Below, piece by piece: positions 28,143-37,299 of a DNA stretch of 43,512 nucleotides (position 1 is its first letter; each line of letters begins with the position of its first letter). Under the pieces are notes generated by a model, which made no database searches, was not told where the DNA came from, and was given only the letters and a program-made list of their open reading frames with translations. Position numbers and translations under genes: made by a program. The stretch is taken from the IMG/VR virus record IMGVR_UViG_2690315815_000009; one strand, given 5' to 3'. The stretch comes from a virus. Taxonomy: Duplodnaviria > Heunggongvirae > Uroviricota > Caudoviricetes.

Positions 28143-28174
28143 GACAGTCCGCTCTGTGCCATAAGCGGACTGTC
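28143..28174 (-). terminator. Hairpin downstream of the 28360..29058 gene (10-bp perfect stem)
   Basis: GACAGTCCGC...GCGGACTGTC inverted repeat; on the minus strand it is followed by an A/U-rich tract. Confidence 0.3.
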
Positions 28175-28359
28175 AATAAACAGATTCACTTGTAAATCTT
28201 GAAGCTATACATATTTACTTTCAATGATAAATAAAAGAACTATCCAAAAATCACTGAGAGCATATTTTAACTAACCCTCCGCTACTATTAACATAAATTT
28301 CACCCAACCATAATTAAATTGATACATATAGCAACTTACCTTGATACGAATCATCTGGG

Positions 28360-29058
28360 TTATATTTTTCCATATTTTTTTCCGTCAAATCGAATCATGC
28401 CAGGATCAAGAAAATTAATTAAATCGATTAACGCGTGCTGTATTCTGATTAGCCTTTCTTTATAAATTCCGATATCTCTTGTCATATTTATCACTTCATT
28501 GTTTAAATCTAAAAAAAATGGCTCATTGATAAAGCAATTTTCCTTTGTGAAACTGCCGTAACCTATGCAATCAAATCCAGTATCTGTTGATATCAGCATC
28601 TTTTCTGCAATAGCTCTCTGCTCTCCTATGAAAAACATAAAATACTGACCAAAGACGTCTGTTTGGATTAATGAGTTAATATTGTTCTGTAATCTAATAA
28701 ACTCCCTCATTTTTTTATTTTTTTCTAGGCTAAGGTATTGAATGTCTATGCGGGCAGCTTCTGTCCATGCAAAAAACTGGGAAAAAAGAAAAACAGTATT
28801 GTTGATAACATAATCTTGTTGGCGCTTATTCCCATTATGATAAAACTCTTCAATGAACCCCAATTCTAATATATTATAAATACGGCTTTGTAAGTCTGAA
28901 GCTGAGCGAATTAACGGTTCAATATAGTACTGATGTTTTCTCCTTACATCCAGTGATTCATTGAGCTTGTTTATTCTATTCTGATTATAAGTAGATATAG
29001 CAATAGAGATTATAGCTATTGCACCACTAATAAAGCTTGAAATTAATGCCGTACCCAT
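28360..29058 (-). CDS. Membrane-anchored protein of unknown function in a very AT-rich island
   Basis: 232 aa with one N-terminal TM helix (LISSFISGAIAIISIAIS) and an Asn/Ile/Lys-rich soluble domain; codon usage and GC content far below the phage backbone. Confidence 0.5.
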   Translation of the reverse strand: MGTALISSFISGAIAIISIAISTYNQNRINKLNESLDVRRKHQYYIEPLIRSASDLQSRIYNILELGFIEEFYHNGNKRQQDYVINNTVFLFSQFFAWTEAARIDIQYLSLEKNKKMREFIRLQNNINSLIQTDVFGQYFMFFIGEQRAIAEKMLISTDTGFDCIGYGSFTKENCFINEPFFLDLNNEVINMTRDIGIYKERLIRIQHALIDLINFLDPGMIRFDGKKYGKI

Positions 29059-30245
29059 CTAAAAGTCCTTTGATTCTTGCTTGGTTAACAAAATGACATA
29101 ATTTTATTTAATGCCATAACAACTTAACAATATATCATAATATGATTATTATGGTGTAGCTTGTCGCATCTACGCTCCATTACAAACAGATGTAAGATAT
29201 AACCTATATGTTTTAGCCAGCAAATTCGAAAGCATTCAAAGTAGTCTCATCGAACTCTCGAAACCCTATGTCTTCGGGTATAAAATATTTAAATCCATTT
29301 GCATAATATCGACTCATGTTTATTATATTCTCCCCATTCACCATTAAGATTTGACATTATTTTCAACAATCGGTTATTGCAAGATTGAAATATATTTTTA
29401 CTTGACACAATATTCCATGTAGCCCAGCGATTCGACTTACCCCCAACTATACGGACAATCTAAATTAAATCGATGATTTTTTGATACATTCTCCTCTCTC
29501 CATTACTTTATGTTTTTGTTCCCCAAAAATACCTTGCTCTCTAAAAAATAATTGTTCTTTAAGTTCAAAATCGAGATCTACATGAGCGTTAGATACAAAG
29601 CTAATATGTTGAAATGTCTTTCCCCCCCCATAACGGCATTGTTATCTAAACTATGTTACACAAATATAATATTACCCTTTCAACGTAATCCAAGAATAAG
29701 ATTAATGCCATTATATATATCATAAATATGATATTTTGTATATTTTTATCATTTAGCCTTGATTGTACTAGGTGTACTCTCAACGAAGTAGGGAAAGTCT
29801 GTTCCTCGCTCACAGCTGCCCTTCAGTAAGCGAAAAAATGCCTACTCGGTGCCATATACAGCCATTGTTATTAACAGCAGGGAATAATTCAAAACTGAAA
29901 TTAAATATCTACCTTTTACAGTAGAAATAGTTCCTCCAGGACACTATCCATTGCCGGGCACAATCACTCGGGGTATAACGATATAAAATATGTTCATGAT
30001 AGTGCAGGTTCGTATATTAAGTTCAGCAGCGAAAACATGCCTTACAGGTTTCCGGTTTTGGGAGCGTCGTTACAGGATCCTGCGCATACCGTTCCCATCT
30101 GTTGAATTAAAGGTTTCACAGCCTTTGCCGATATCACCTTTTACCTTACCTGTGATGCGTTCAGTGCTCAGCGTTGTTTACTGTAGCTCTCGGGACTGAT
30201 TACAGACCGCGTCTTAAAAACCAATCCTTACTCTAAAGGGAATTC

Positions 30246-31169
30246 ATGAGATTAAAATACTCAGTACTCTTACTCGCCATTGCCCTTACAGGCTGTGATA
30301 ACAAAAAAGATGAGATCGGTTGTTCTTCGGAAATAACCCAGTCAGCTCTCATGGATTTATTAAAAAAATCTGCTTATGAAGGACTCTCTGAACAGGTCGA
30401 TAAATACCCTGATGTCACTAATCAGACCAAACGAAGCACACTGGACAAGATCAAACTAGCCATCTCTGAGATCTCCACAACATCAAGTGACACGGGCAGC
30501 ACAATGAAAACTTGTGAAGGGACCGTGACGATGACTCTATCTGCGAACGAGTACGTCCAGCTTTCAGATGCTTACAGAAAGAATTTTAATCGTAATCTCG
30601 ATAAGCAAATGGAAAGCCTGTTTTTGGAGAACAACGCAAACGCCTTTTCAAAACGTATCACCTACACCGTGCAGGCGACCGACGATCAGAAAAACGTTTT
30701 TGTAAAAACCTCTACTGATAATCCGATATCAGTGGGCGCCGCTTTACTGACATCGCTTTCCATTATCACCCCGATCGTTGAGCAGCAGAAAATCCAGCAG
30801 GCTAAGGATGCCCAACAGAGTCAAATTGAAGCGGAACAACAGGTGCAACTCAGGGCGCAAGAACAGGCTAAGTATGAGGCGGAGAAGCAAATAGAGAGAC
30901 AGGCACAACTTCAGCCGCAAAAAGCTGACAACCTTGATCAGTCCCGAATGGCATTTGCGAATGCCGACTCTGATTTGAGTACCGTCTGGAGCAAGTTAAC
31001 CCCGGCGAAGAAAAAAGATTTGCTGCCTTCTCAGCGTCAGTGGATCAAAACTAAGGATGCTATGTGCGGTAAAGTTTCAATGCAGGGAACAGATGCTGAA
31101 GTCAAGAAAATGGTCGACTGCCAGACGCAAATGACCCTTTCAAGAATCGCTTTCCTCAGAAACCAATAA
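30246..31169 (+). CDS. Lipoprotein with C-terminal DUF1311 (LprI-like) domain
   Basis: 307 aa; signal peptide with lipobox (LTGC), Gln-rich coiled-coil segment, C-terminal ...QRQWIKTKDAMC... motif resembling DUF1311. Confidence 0.6.
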   Translation: MRLKYSVLLLAIALTGCDNKKDEIGCSSEITQSALMDLLKKSAYEGLSEQVDKYPDVTNQTKRSTLDKIKLAISEISTTSSDTGSTMKTCEGTVTMTLSANEYVQLSDAYRKNFNRNLDKQMESLFLENNANAFSKRITYTVQATDDQKNVFVKTSTDNPISVGAALLTSLSIITPIVEQQKIQQAKDAQQSQIEAEQQVQLRAQEQAKYEAEKQIERQAQLQPQKADNLDQSRMAFANADSDLSTVWSKLTPAKKKDLLPSQRQWIKTKDAMCGKVSMQGTDAEVKKMVDCQTQMTLSRIAFLRNQ

Positions 31170-31183
31170 CTGAAGTCTCCTTC

Positions 31184-31217
31184 AAGCTGGCGCCAGGTGT
31201 TAACCTGGTGCCAGCTT
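31184..31217. terminator. Long hairpin between convergent genes (14-bp stem, one mismatch)
   Basis: AAGCTGGCGCCAGG-TGTTAA-CCTGGTGCCAGCTT, 15 nt after the lipoprotein stop. Confidence 0.45.
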
Positions 31218-31242
31218 AGTCATCAAGTGCATATGTAACTGT

Positions 31243-31319
31243 TTTATATGGGCGGTACTTTGACAGAGGTATTCGGTCTCGTGCTGGTCGTGGTCAAATA
31301 CCTTTTTAAGCGCAAATAG
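31243..31319 (+). repeat. Duplicated copy of the 3' end of the 27292..27897 gene (about 93 percent identical over about 72 nt)
   Basis: ATGGGCGGTACTTTGACAGAGGTATTCGG(T/C)CTCGTGCTGGTCGTG...TACCTTTTTAA(G/A)CGCAA(A/G)TA(G/A) occurs at both 27826-27897 and 31248-31319. Confidence 0.6.
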
Positions 31320-31343
31320 AGTATTTCCGCCCCAAACAACCTG

Positions 31344-32180
31344 TCAAAATGCTGAATTAGCAACGGATATAGCCGACTTTTTCCCCATTACCATCAATTT
31401 ATCCAGTGTCATACTTCGCAGATTGTCGCTGTGGATCACCAGATACCCTGCCCGCTCAGCGATCTCTTTGAAAGCGTCAAAGGTCATCAGATGTTCGCCT
31501 TTGGCAACATGGCGCATCCCGGTCACTTTTCCATTTTTGATAGTGGTGATAAAAGAAAAATCTGGAATGGTTGGGTGATTTTCATCGAGTAGCAGGCAGT
31601 GGATGTATTCAATCGCCTCTAACATTTGCGTCTGTGACAGTTGTTCTATGTGAGAGACGGCGAAGCGTTGATGAATCATGGTGTAGGCATCGGGATACAT
31701 CATGCCTTTCTTGCCGACCAGTATATTAACGGCATCACGCAAGGGAGTACGGTCATCGGTAGTTGTACTCCGCCTCTCTGGACGCTGGCTAAAATAACAA
31801 TCTTCCAGCTTTTCGAAAACTTCCCAGGCCTGTTCTGTTTCCAGCATTTTGGCATGGCGAGCTGCGCCGCGTTCTGTCCAGAGAATGAGGGATCGGGTAT
31901 GTTTAGCAACTGACTGACTATCTGTCAGTCTGTTTTTGAAGTCGCGTAATTCATTACCTTCCAGCTTAAAAAAATGCTTTCCTACGACAAATCTGGCGAT
32001 GTTGCGCTTGAAGTTTTGCTGGATACCATTTACTTCCGTGCCATACAAACTGGCAAGCAATTCAGTAGTGATGACGGGAAGTTGGTTATGATGTAGCGGA
32101 GAAAGGGATTCCGCAGATATTTGGACTGTCATCGCAGTGGCCTCACTTAGTGTTTTTTTCATCACCACCAGCGACGCCAA
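31344..32180 (-). CDS. Phage regulatory protein Rha / antirepressor (Rha N-terminal domain plus antirepressor-like C-terminal domain)
   Basis: 278 aa; N-terminal pattern ...NFKRNIARFVVGKHFFKLEGNELRDFK... typical of the Rha family. Confidence 0.6.
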   Translation of the reverse strand: MASLVVMKKTLSEATAMTVQISAESLSPLHHNQLPVITTELLASLYGTEVNGIQQNFKRNIARFVVGKHFFKLEGNELRDFKNRLTDSQSVAKHTRSLILWTERGAARHAKMLETEQAWEVFEKLEDCYFSQRPERRSTTTDDRTPLRDAVNILVGKKGMMYPDAYTMIHQRFAVSHIEQLSQTQMLEAIEYIHCLLLDENHPTIPDFSFITTIKNGKVTGMRHVAKGEHLMTFDAFKEIAERAGYLVIHSDNLRSMTLDKLMVMGKKSAISVANSAF

Positions 32181-32404
32181 TCATCTGGTGGTGAGCTGTG
32201 CAGGGTTGGCGTAACCGGCTAAGTGAACCCGGCGCTTCCACAGAAGCCCCCACACAGCCCACCATAATGCGAATGTGGCCGTGCCTAACACATAAAAAAA
32301 CCGCTAACGCGGCTATGCGTCACTTAGATATCCGGGACGCCAATCCCGGCAACCGATTTTGCGGCTGCGCGGAAACTATAGCCCCGGACTTTTTCTAAGT
32401 CAAT

Positions 32405-32626
32405 TCAATCAACTTCAAACCTCCGGTGTTCACATTCCATACACTCAACGGGAACATCATCGCGATGCAAGTCCACATATCCGACCCGCTTATACAACTC
32501 AATAATGTCCGGTAACGTGACCAGATGTTTTTCCGGTTCCAACACCTCAGCCCGGGTTACTTTGTAATCTGAAATATAGAGCACTATCCGCCCGTTCCGT
32601 GGTAACTCCAGTTTATCGCCAAACAT
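32405..32626 (-). CDS. Hypothetical small early protein
   Basis: 73-aa ORF in the early-right operon orientation. Confidence 0.3.
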   Translation of the reverse strand: MFGDKLELPRNGRIVLYISDYKVTRAEVLEPEKHLVTLPDIIELYKRVGYVDLHRDDVPVECMECEHRRFEVD

Positions 32627-32813
32627 GTCCTTTCCCTCCGGGAAACCAATGATATTGACGATATTACACCCACAACGATTCGTTTTACGTCACTCCGCAA
32701 TCACCATACATCCGTACCAATCCGTACATTCCCACCACAAAAACGATATTTGACAGGCACTGGTAATAGATTTTTAACGCGTGCTATTGCCTTGCGACGT
32801 ATTTTCAATTCAC

Positions 32814-33038
32814 TCATACAGCCTCCCTGCTCTCAAACGGACGAATATTGGTTGGTTCTCCACACGGAATAGCCCAACCCAGCCAGGTAAATATTTTCAG
32901 GTCACACATCGCGTCATACCGTTCGCCAGGATTCACATCCACCATGCTGCAGGCAATTTCATATTGTTCACCATTATCAGTCAGTGCGATCTGGTCATTA
33001 ATAAACCGGGGCACAAATGCAAGAAAAAGTTCTTTCAT
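32814..33038 (-). CDS. Hypothetical small early protein
   Basis: 74-aa ORF with 4-nt overlap to the upstream gene. Confidence 0.35.
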   Translation of the reverse strand: MKELFLAFVPRFINDQIALTDNGEQYEIACSMVDVNPGERYDAMCDLKIFTWLGWAIPCGEPTNIRPFESREAV

Positions 33039-33346
33039 GAAATTCTCCGCTCAAAATAAACAAACTGATTCACCGCTCCGATCGGCATTTCGAGTTTTTC
33101 TGCGATATCCTGGCGATTAATACCCGACTGATGTAATTCCCTTGCCAGCTCGATATCTTCCTGGAGGTATTTCACTGACTGGTGATAATTACCCCGCAGA
33201 TACATACAGATTTTCAGCTCGCGCGCTTTTGTGCGTACCGCTGCACCGGTTCTGCCAATAAGCTGCCCTATACGTTCAACTGTCATGCTGCCCGCACATT
33301 GTTTGATGATTACGACTTCCGCACGCACCCACCGTTTGTATTTCAT
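33035..33346 (-). CDS. Putative DNA-binding protein (HTH-containing)
   Basis: 103 aa with HTH-like segments (MTVERIGQLIGRTGAAVRTKARELK; INRQDIAEKLEMPIGAVNQFV); translationally coupled to neighbours. Confidence 0.4.
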   Translation of the reverse strand: MKYKRWVRAEVVIIKQCAGSMTVERIGQLIGRTGAAVRTKARELKICMYLRGNYHQSVKYLQEDIELARELHQSGINRQDIAEKLEMPIGAVNQFVYFERRIS

Positions 33347-33579
33347 TGTTCCATCACCCCTCTCCAGTAGTTCAGACGCTCTCTGAAAAATTCCCGGTAC
33401 GTATCTGGCGTCATTCCGATTTGCTCAATCACGCTTCCCCTCGGAATACGTTTCTCAAAGAGTTGGCGGATCAGCGCCGCCGCTCGCATGTCGTAGTGCT
33501 CTTTAAGCTGGTATTCCTGGGGCCATTTGGCGCGGTTGTGTGGTAAGCCGGGCGGCAGGTAATCTGATTGCCCGGCCAT
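33343..33579 (-). CDS. Hypothetical small early protein
   Basis: 78-aa ORF, coupled to the downstream gene by a 4-nt overlap. Confidence 0.35.
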   Translation of the reverse strand: MAGQSDYLPPGLPHNRAKWPQEYQLKEHYDMRAAALIRQLFEKRIPRGSVIEQIGMTPDTYREFFRERLNYWRGVMEQ

Positions 33580-33580
33580 A

Positions 33581-33991
33581 TCACGCCCCTTTCTTTGCTA
33601 TCGGAGTGATGGAACTCAGCAGCAGGCGGCAGCGACCAGGCGCGCCAATGCGCTGCCCGGTTATCTTGTCGTAAGTTTCATGCGGTGAGGCACACCAGGT
33701 TGTCGCTGTTTCGTGGAGTTTCACTTGCCGCTCACCATTTCTGCGAATCGCGATCCCGGTGTGCGTTTTGCCCTTACGTTTCACTGCTGGCGCTGCGGCT
33801 ACGGATGCCTGACGGGCAGGCTTAGCAGGGGTTGAAAAATTGCCTGCTTTAGGTCTTGGCACAAAAACCGCGCGAGTGCGCGCACGTGGCCCGACGTTCA
33901 TATTCCACAAAATGACGTCGAGATAGTTTTTACCGTCGTCTATGTGTCCTTTGTCCGACGGGTACTCTAATTTGCCTGGAGTGGTGGTCAT
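33581..33991 (-). CDS. Hypothetical protein
   Basis: 136-aa ORF downstream of the helicase gene; basic, low complexity; uncertain. Confidence 0.3.
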   Translation of the reverse strand: MTTTPGKLEYPSDKGHIDDGKNYLDVILWNMNVGPRARTRAVFVPRPKAGNFSTPAKPARQASVAAAPAVKRKGKTHTGIAIRRNGERQVKLHETATTWCASPHETYDKITGQRIGAPGRCRLLLSSITPIAKKGA

Positions 33992-34029
33992 TGGTCTTTC
34001 CTCGGTTATTTCACGCTGGTCAGGCGTGG

Positions 34030-35472
34030 TTAAAATTCATTTGTGCGAGAATTATCGCTACGGGAATAACGTTTATTTTTTTCTGAGCGGTCGTTGGTAA
34101 GGCGATAAACCTCCTCATCGCTGATATCAATAACTGAGCCATTTTTCATCAGGGCATAGGCTGTTCCCGATGGTCCTTCGCGGTTCAGACGTAGCAACAT
34201 TTCCATGAGATTTGGGTCGGCATTTTCGTTATAAACAGCATCACGATAGAGGCCAATCCAGACATCGCAATCTTGTTCGATCTGCCCGGTATCTTTACTG
34301 TCGCTCGGGTTAGGCCGCTTATCGGCACGTTCTTCAAGCTTTCGGTTGAGTTGCGTCAGCAGGACCACAACACAATCCAGCTCTTTTGCCAGGTTCTTCA
34401 AACCGGTTGTGATATCGCCATACGCAATATCCCTACGCTCTGCCGATTCGGTCTTCATCAGCGTCAAATAGTCAATTGCCACCAGGCCAACCGAGCCACG
34501 CATCCGTTTAACTTTTCGACATTCAGCGACAATATGCGCAAGGGTTACACCTGCCGTGCTGTCAATCATCATGTTGGATTCGGCAATCTCCCCCGCCTTT
34601 GCTATTGCGAGACTCAATTCAGATTCATCGTTAGGGCCAAGATAAAAAATCTCCGAATTGACCTTTGCTTCCTGCGCAACCATGCGTTCAATGAGACTTC
34701 TGTCAGTCATTTCCAGGCTAAATACCAGCGTCGGCAAACGATGATTCAGAGCAAAATGCACCGCAATTTTATTAAACGCGGCTGTCTTGCCCATTTTTGG
34801 CCGGGCACCAATAACGACCAATGAACCTCTTAACGCCTGCTTTGGTGCCATTAAGCGATCAAGGCTTTCGATTCCGAGCGTTAGTCCGGCTGCATGTGCT
34901 GGATCATTGAAACGGCGCTCAAGGTCATCTATCCAGTCATCGACGACTTCACTTGCCGGACGCAAACCGCCCTTATGCCCGGTACGGGAATGTTCGGCCA
35001 CCTGCCCAATCACTTGCTGAACGGCGGTGATCCTGTCAGTAGCAGTCATATCTGCAGGCTGGATCATAATCTCCAGACAAGAATTCAACTTTTCCACGGC
35101 ATAACGAAGAATGGCTTTTTCACGTACAATTTTCGCGTAGTTGACCATTGAGGCCGGAATCGCCGCCTTACTCATTTCAGCCAGGTATGCGAATCCCCCC
35201 ACGCGCTCATACAGCCCCTTCGATTCCATCAGTTCGGTCAGTGTTATCAGGTCAGTTGGTTTATCAGCTTGAAATAATCCTTTGATCTCCCGGTAGATAA
35301 CCTGATGCGCATTGATATAAAACGTTTCCGGTTTCAGTAACGCAAATACCGCATTGGTTCTGTCGTGGTCGGTATTCAGCATCAGACAGCCCAGAACAGC
35401 CTGTTCTGCGTCAACGCTGTACAGTGCAATCGCGTTATTTATCATTTGCGCGTTCTTCCTTGACCGAAACAT
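34030..35472 (-). CDS. Replicative DNA helicase (DnaB-like)
   Basis: 480 aa; DnaB N-terminal region and Walker A motif (GARPKMGKTA), Walker B-like (LVAIDYL) and DnaB-family C-terminal blocks. Confidence 0.85.
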   Translation of the reverse strand: MFRSRKNAQMINNAIALYSVDAEQAVLGCLMLNTDHDRTNAVFALLKPETFYINAHQVIYREIKGLFQADKPTDLITLTELMESKGLYERVGGFAYLAEMSKAAIPASMVNYAKIVREKAILRYAVEKLNSCLEIMIQPADMTATDRITAVQQVIGQVAEHSRTGHKGGLRPASEVVDDWIDDLERRFNDPAHAAGLTLGIESLDRLMAPKQALRGSLVVIGARPKMGKTAAFNKIAVHFALNHRLPTLVFSLEMTDRSLIERMVAQEAKVNSEIFYLGPNDESELSLAIAKAGEIAESNMMIDSTAGVTLAHIVAECRKVKRMRGSVGLVAIDYLTLMKTESAERRDIAYGDITTGLKNLAKELDCVVVLLTQLNRKLEERADKRPNPSDSKDTGQIEQDCDVWIGLYRDAVYNENADPNLMEMLLRLNREGPSGTAYALMKNGSVIDISDEEVYRLTNDRSEKNKRYSRSDNSRTNEF

Positions 35473-36190
35473 AGCAGCGTTCGGTAATCAGATAATCAAG
35501 ATTTTTACGCCGCCAGAATCCTCCCCTGCCATTTGGCCTGTCCTCCAGCATCCAGCGACAATTGCCACCGATAAATTCCAGATAGGCCCGCCAACGGGAC
35601 TCATTGAAATTGAATTTTTTCCAGAAAGTGCGAAGGTGTTTTTTTCTGCCGTCAGTGAGGATTTTCACTGGTGGCATCTCTGGCAAAATCTCGTGATAGG
35701 TATCGAGTATCACCTGATAATTTATTCTCTGGTCGGCAGGTTGTTGGGTGTCGGCGTCAGCCGATTCACCATCAGTAATAATCTCTGTAGTATTCTCTGT
35801 AAGAATGTTTGTTGGTTTTCCACGTACAGGCCTGGTGGTTTTCCCCTCACCTGTATGTGGTTTTTCCGCATCCTTGTATGCGGACGTAAGTAGCTGGCAC
35901 AACACATCATTATCGATTTTGTAGTACAGCCTGGCAGGCAAGCCCTGTTTACGTTCCAGCAAGACGCCGAGACCACGTAGTTTTTTGCGCGCGCCCTCCT
36001 GCTCGTATCGTGAAAGCCCTGTTTCCTCTTCCCACTCATCCTGGGTTTTATATACCCAGCCGTCGTCAGTTGTTCTGTTTGTCCAGTACGTCAACTGCGA
36101 CAGAAACAATGCGGCAGTCACGCCCATTTCAAGACGGATAAAACTTCTCTGGAAGGCTATGGGTCTATCAAGTAACGGGAGGATGTTCAT
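35435..36190 (-). CDS. Replication initiation protein (O-like replisome organiser)
   Basis: 251 aa directly upstream of and overlapping the helicase gene; contains internal iteron-like repeats in its central linker. Confidence 0.6.
   Translation of the reverse strand: MNILPLLDRPIAFQRSFIRLEMGVTAALFLSQLTYWTNRTTDDGWVYKTQDEWEEETGLSRYEQEGARKKLRGLGVLLERKQGLPARLYYKIDNDVLCQLLTSAYKDAEKPHTGEGKTTRPVRGKPTNILTENTTEIITDGESADADTQQPADQRINYQVILDTYHEILPEMPPVKILTDGRKKHLRTFWKKFNFNESRWRAYLEFIGGNCRWMLEDRPNGRGGFWRRKNLDYLITERCYVSVKEERANDK
35780..35885. repeat. Iteron-like direct repeats inside the initiator gene (candidate origin)
   Basis: TGGTTTT(T)CC at 35813, 35836 and 35858 (22-23 bp spacing) plus TCTCTGTA twice (35782, 35794). 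Confidence 0.4.
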
Positions 36191-36411
36191 ATGCCCAAAG
36201 CCTCTGAGAGAACGCGACAGCCAGCCTCATAGGCAGCGCCAGAGAGATTTTGCTCACGCAGTTTCGCTTTTTCTTCTTCGTACTTTTCCCATACAGAACG
36301 TGCAGCTGCGACGCGGCCATCGAATATGGGGCGGATCTCTGCAACATGTGCCGGGCGTCCATTCAGGTGCCAGCCGTTACGCCAGGTAATGCGGTCAATA
36401 TGTCTTAACAT
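36187..36411 (-). CDS. Hypothetical small early protein
   Basis: 74-aa ORF between the CII-like gene and the initiator gene, 4-nt overlap with the initiator start. Confidence 0.35.
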   Translation of the reverse strand: MLRHIDRITWRNGWHLNGRPAHVAEIRPIFDGRVAAARSVWEKYEEEKAKLREQNLSGAAYEAGCRVLSEALGI

Positions 36412-36450
36412 CGGTCTTTCCTCGGTATAAGTTAAACGCTGGTCAGGCGC

Positions 36451-36927
36451 TCATGCATGGTGGTCTTGCGCAGTGCGTATCACTGCTCCTCGCGTCGCTA
36501 CCAGCGCCGCTATTGCTTCGTCAATTTCCTGAATAGTTAACTCTGGCGCGAAGTGGAGATGTACAGCGTTAATCGCTTCCACCCCTTCTTTTGCCGCCAG
36601 CGTTGCCAGCAAAACGGGATCGCCCGGCGACTCCAGACGTGCCCGCCGTTCTGCGGGTAGCACGGCTTTCATCACACTGGCCAGCACCTGAGTTTTTCGG
36701 CGCGCCGCCGTTGTCTCGCCACGTAACCAGCGAAAGATTTTCTGCCGATTGTTGTTGATGGCTCTCCAGTCCACGTTGCCGTCCGCGTCCTCAAATTCAT
36801 GTAGTCTCAACTCATCATTGCGTCCCTGACTGAACCAGGCCCGGCAGATTTCAATCGTGACGAGTTCCTGCCCTGCCCTTGCCGCCCAGGTCAAAATCTC
36901 TTTTTGTAATTCCTCTTGGTTTTCCAT
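36451..36927 (-). CDS. YdaT-like / CII-like regulatory protein
   Basis: 158 aa following cro; resembles Rac prophage YdaT as I recall it (...NNNRQKIFRWLRGET...). Confidence 0.5.
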   Translation of the reverse strand: MENQEELQKEILTWAARAGQELVTIEICRAWFSQGRNDELRLHEFEDADGNVDWRAINNNRQKIFRWLRGETTAARRKTQVLASVMKAVLPAERRARLESPGDPVLLATLAAKEGVEAINAVHLHFAPELTIQEIDEAIAALVATRGAVIRTAQDHHA

Positions 36928-36985
36928 AGCGTCTCCTGTCGCTAAAAATTGATTACGCTTAATCAGATTTGGGGCTCACCAACAG

Positions 36986-37216
36986 TTAAGCTGCTTCCGT
37001 TTTAGGCAAGCTGTCATCTGGGTTTGGGTAAAGATCCGGTCTAAGATCATGAGGGGTCACGCGCCATTCAAGAGCTTCAGATGTGCGCAAAACCTCTTCA
37101 CCGGGAACCCGTCCTTTGAACCAGAGGCTTACCGTTTGTGGTTTTTTCCCTAATCGCCGCCCTAACTCGGATTGACTCATTACGGAAAGAATTTTGTCTT
37201 GCAGTTGTTTATCCAT
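36986..37216 (-). CDS. Cro-like repressor (YdaS-type HTH)
   Basis: 76 aa from ATG 37216 with AAGGAG SD 5 nt upstream (the ORF track extends to a TTG at 37252); HTH pattern SQSELGRRLGKKPQTVSLW; divergent from cI. Confidence 0.65.
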   Translation of the reverse strand: MDKQLQDKILSVMSQSELGRRLGKKPQTVSLWFKGRVPGEEVLRTSEALEWRVTPHDLRPDLYPNPDDSLPKTEAA

Positions 37217-37242
37217 ATGGACTCCTTGTGTCCGCGTCATCA

Positions 37243-37280
37243 TTACAAACAATAACTGTAATTACAAATTATATTTGCAA
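37243..37280. promoter_or_regulatory. Two tandem 19-bp operators (TTACAA-N7-TTGTAA-like) between cro and cI
   Basis: TTACAAACAATAACTGTAA (37243-37261) and TTACAAATTATATTTGCAA (37262-37280); a third copy lies at 37854-37872. Confidence 0.5.
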
Positions 37281-37299
37281 TGCTCCCTACAATTAAACC

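Noticed and set aside
29990-30199. 69-aa plus-strand ORF just upstream of the lipoprotein gene
   Set aside because: Lies in the promoter/5' region of the lipoprotein gene, has no obvious RBS and an implausible Arg/Ser-rich sequence; kept only as part of the AT-rich island finding.
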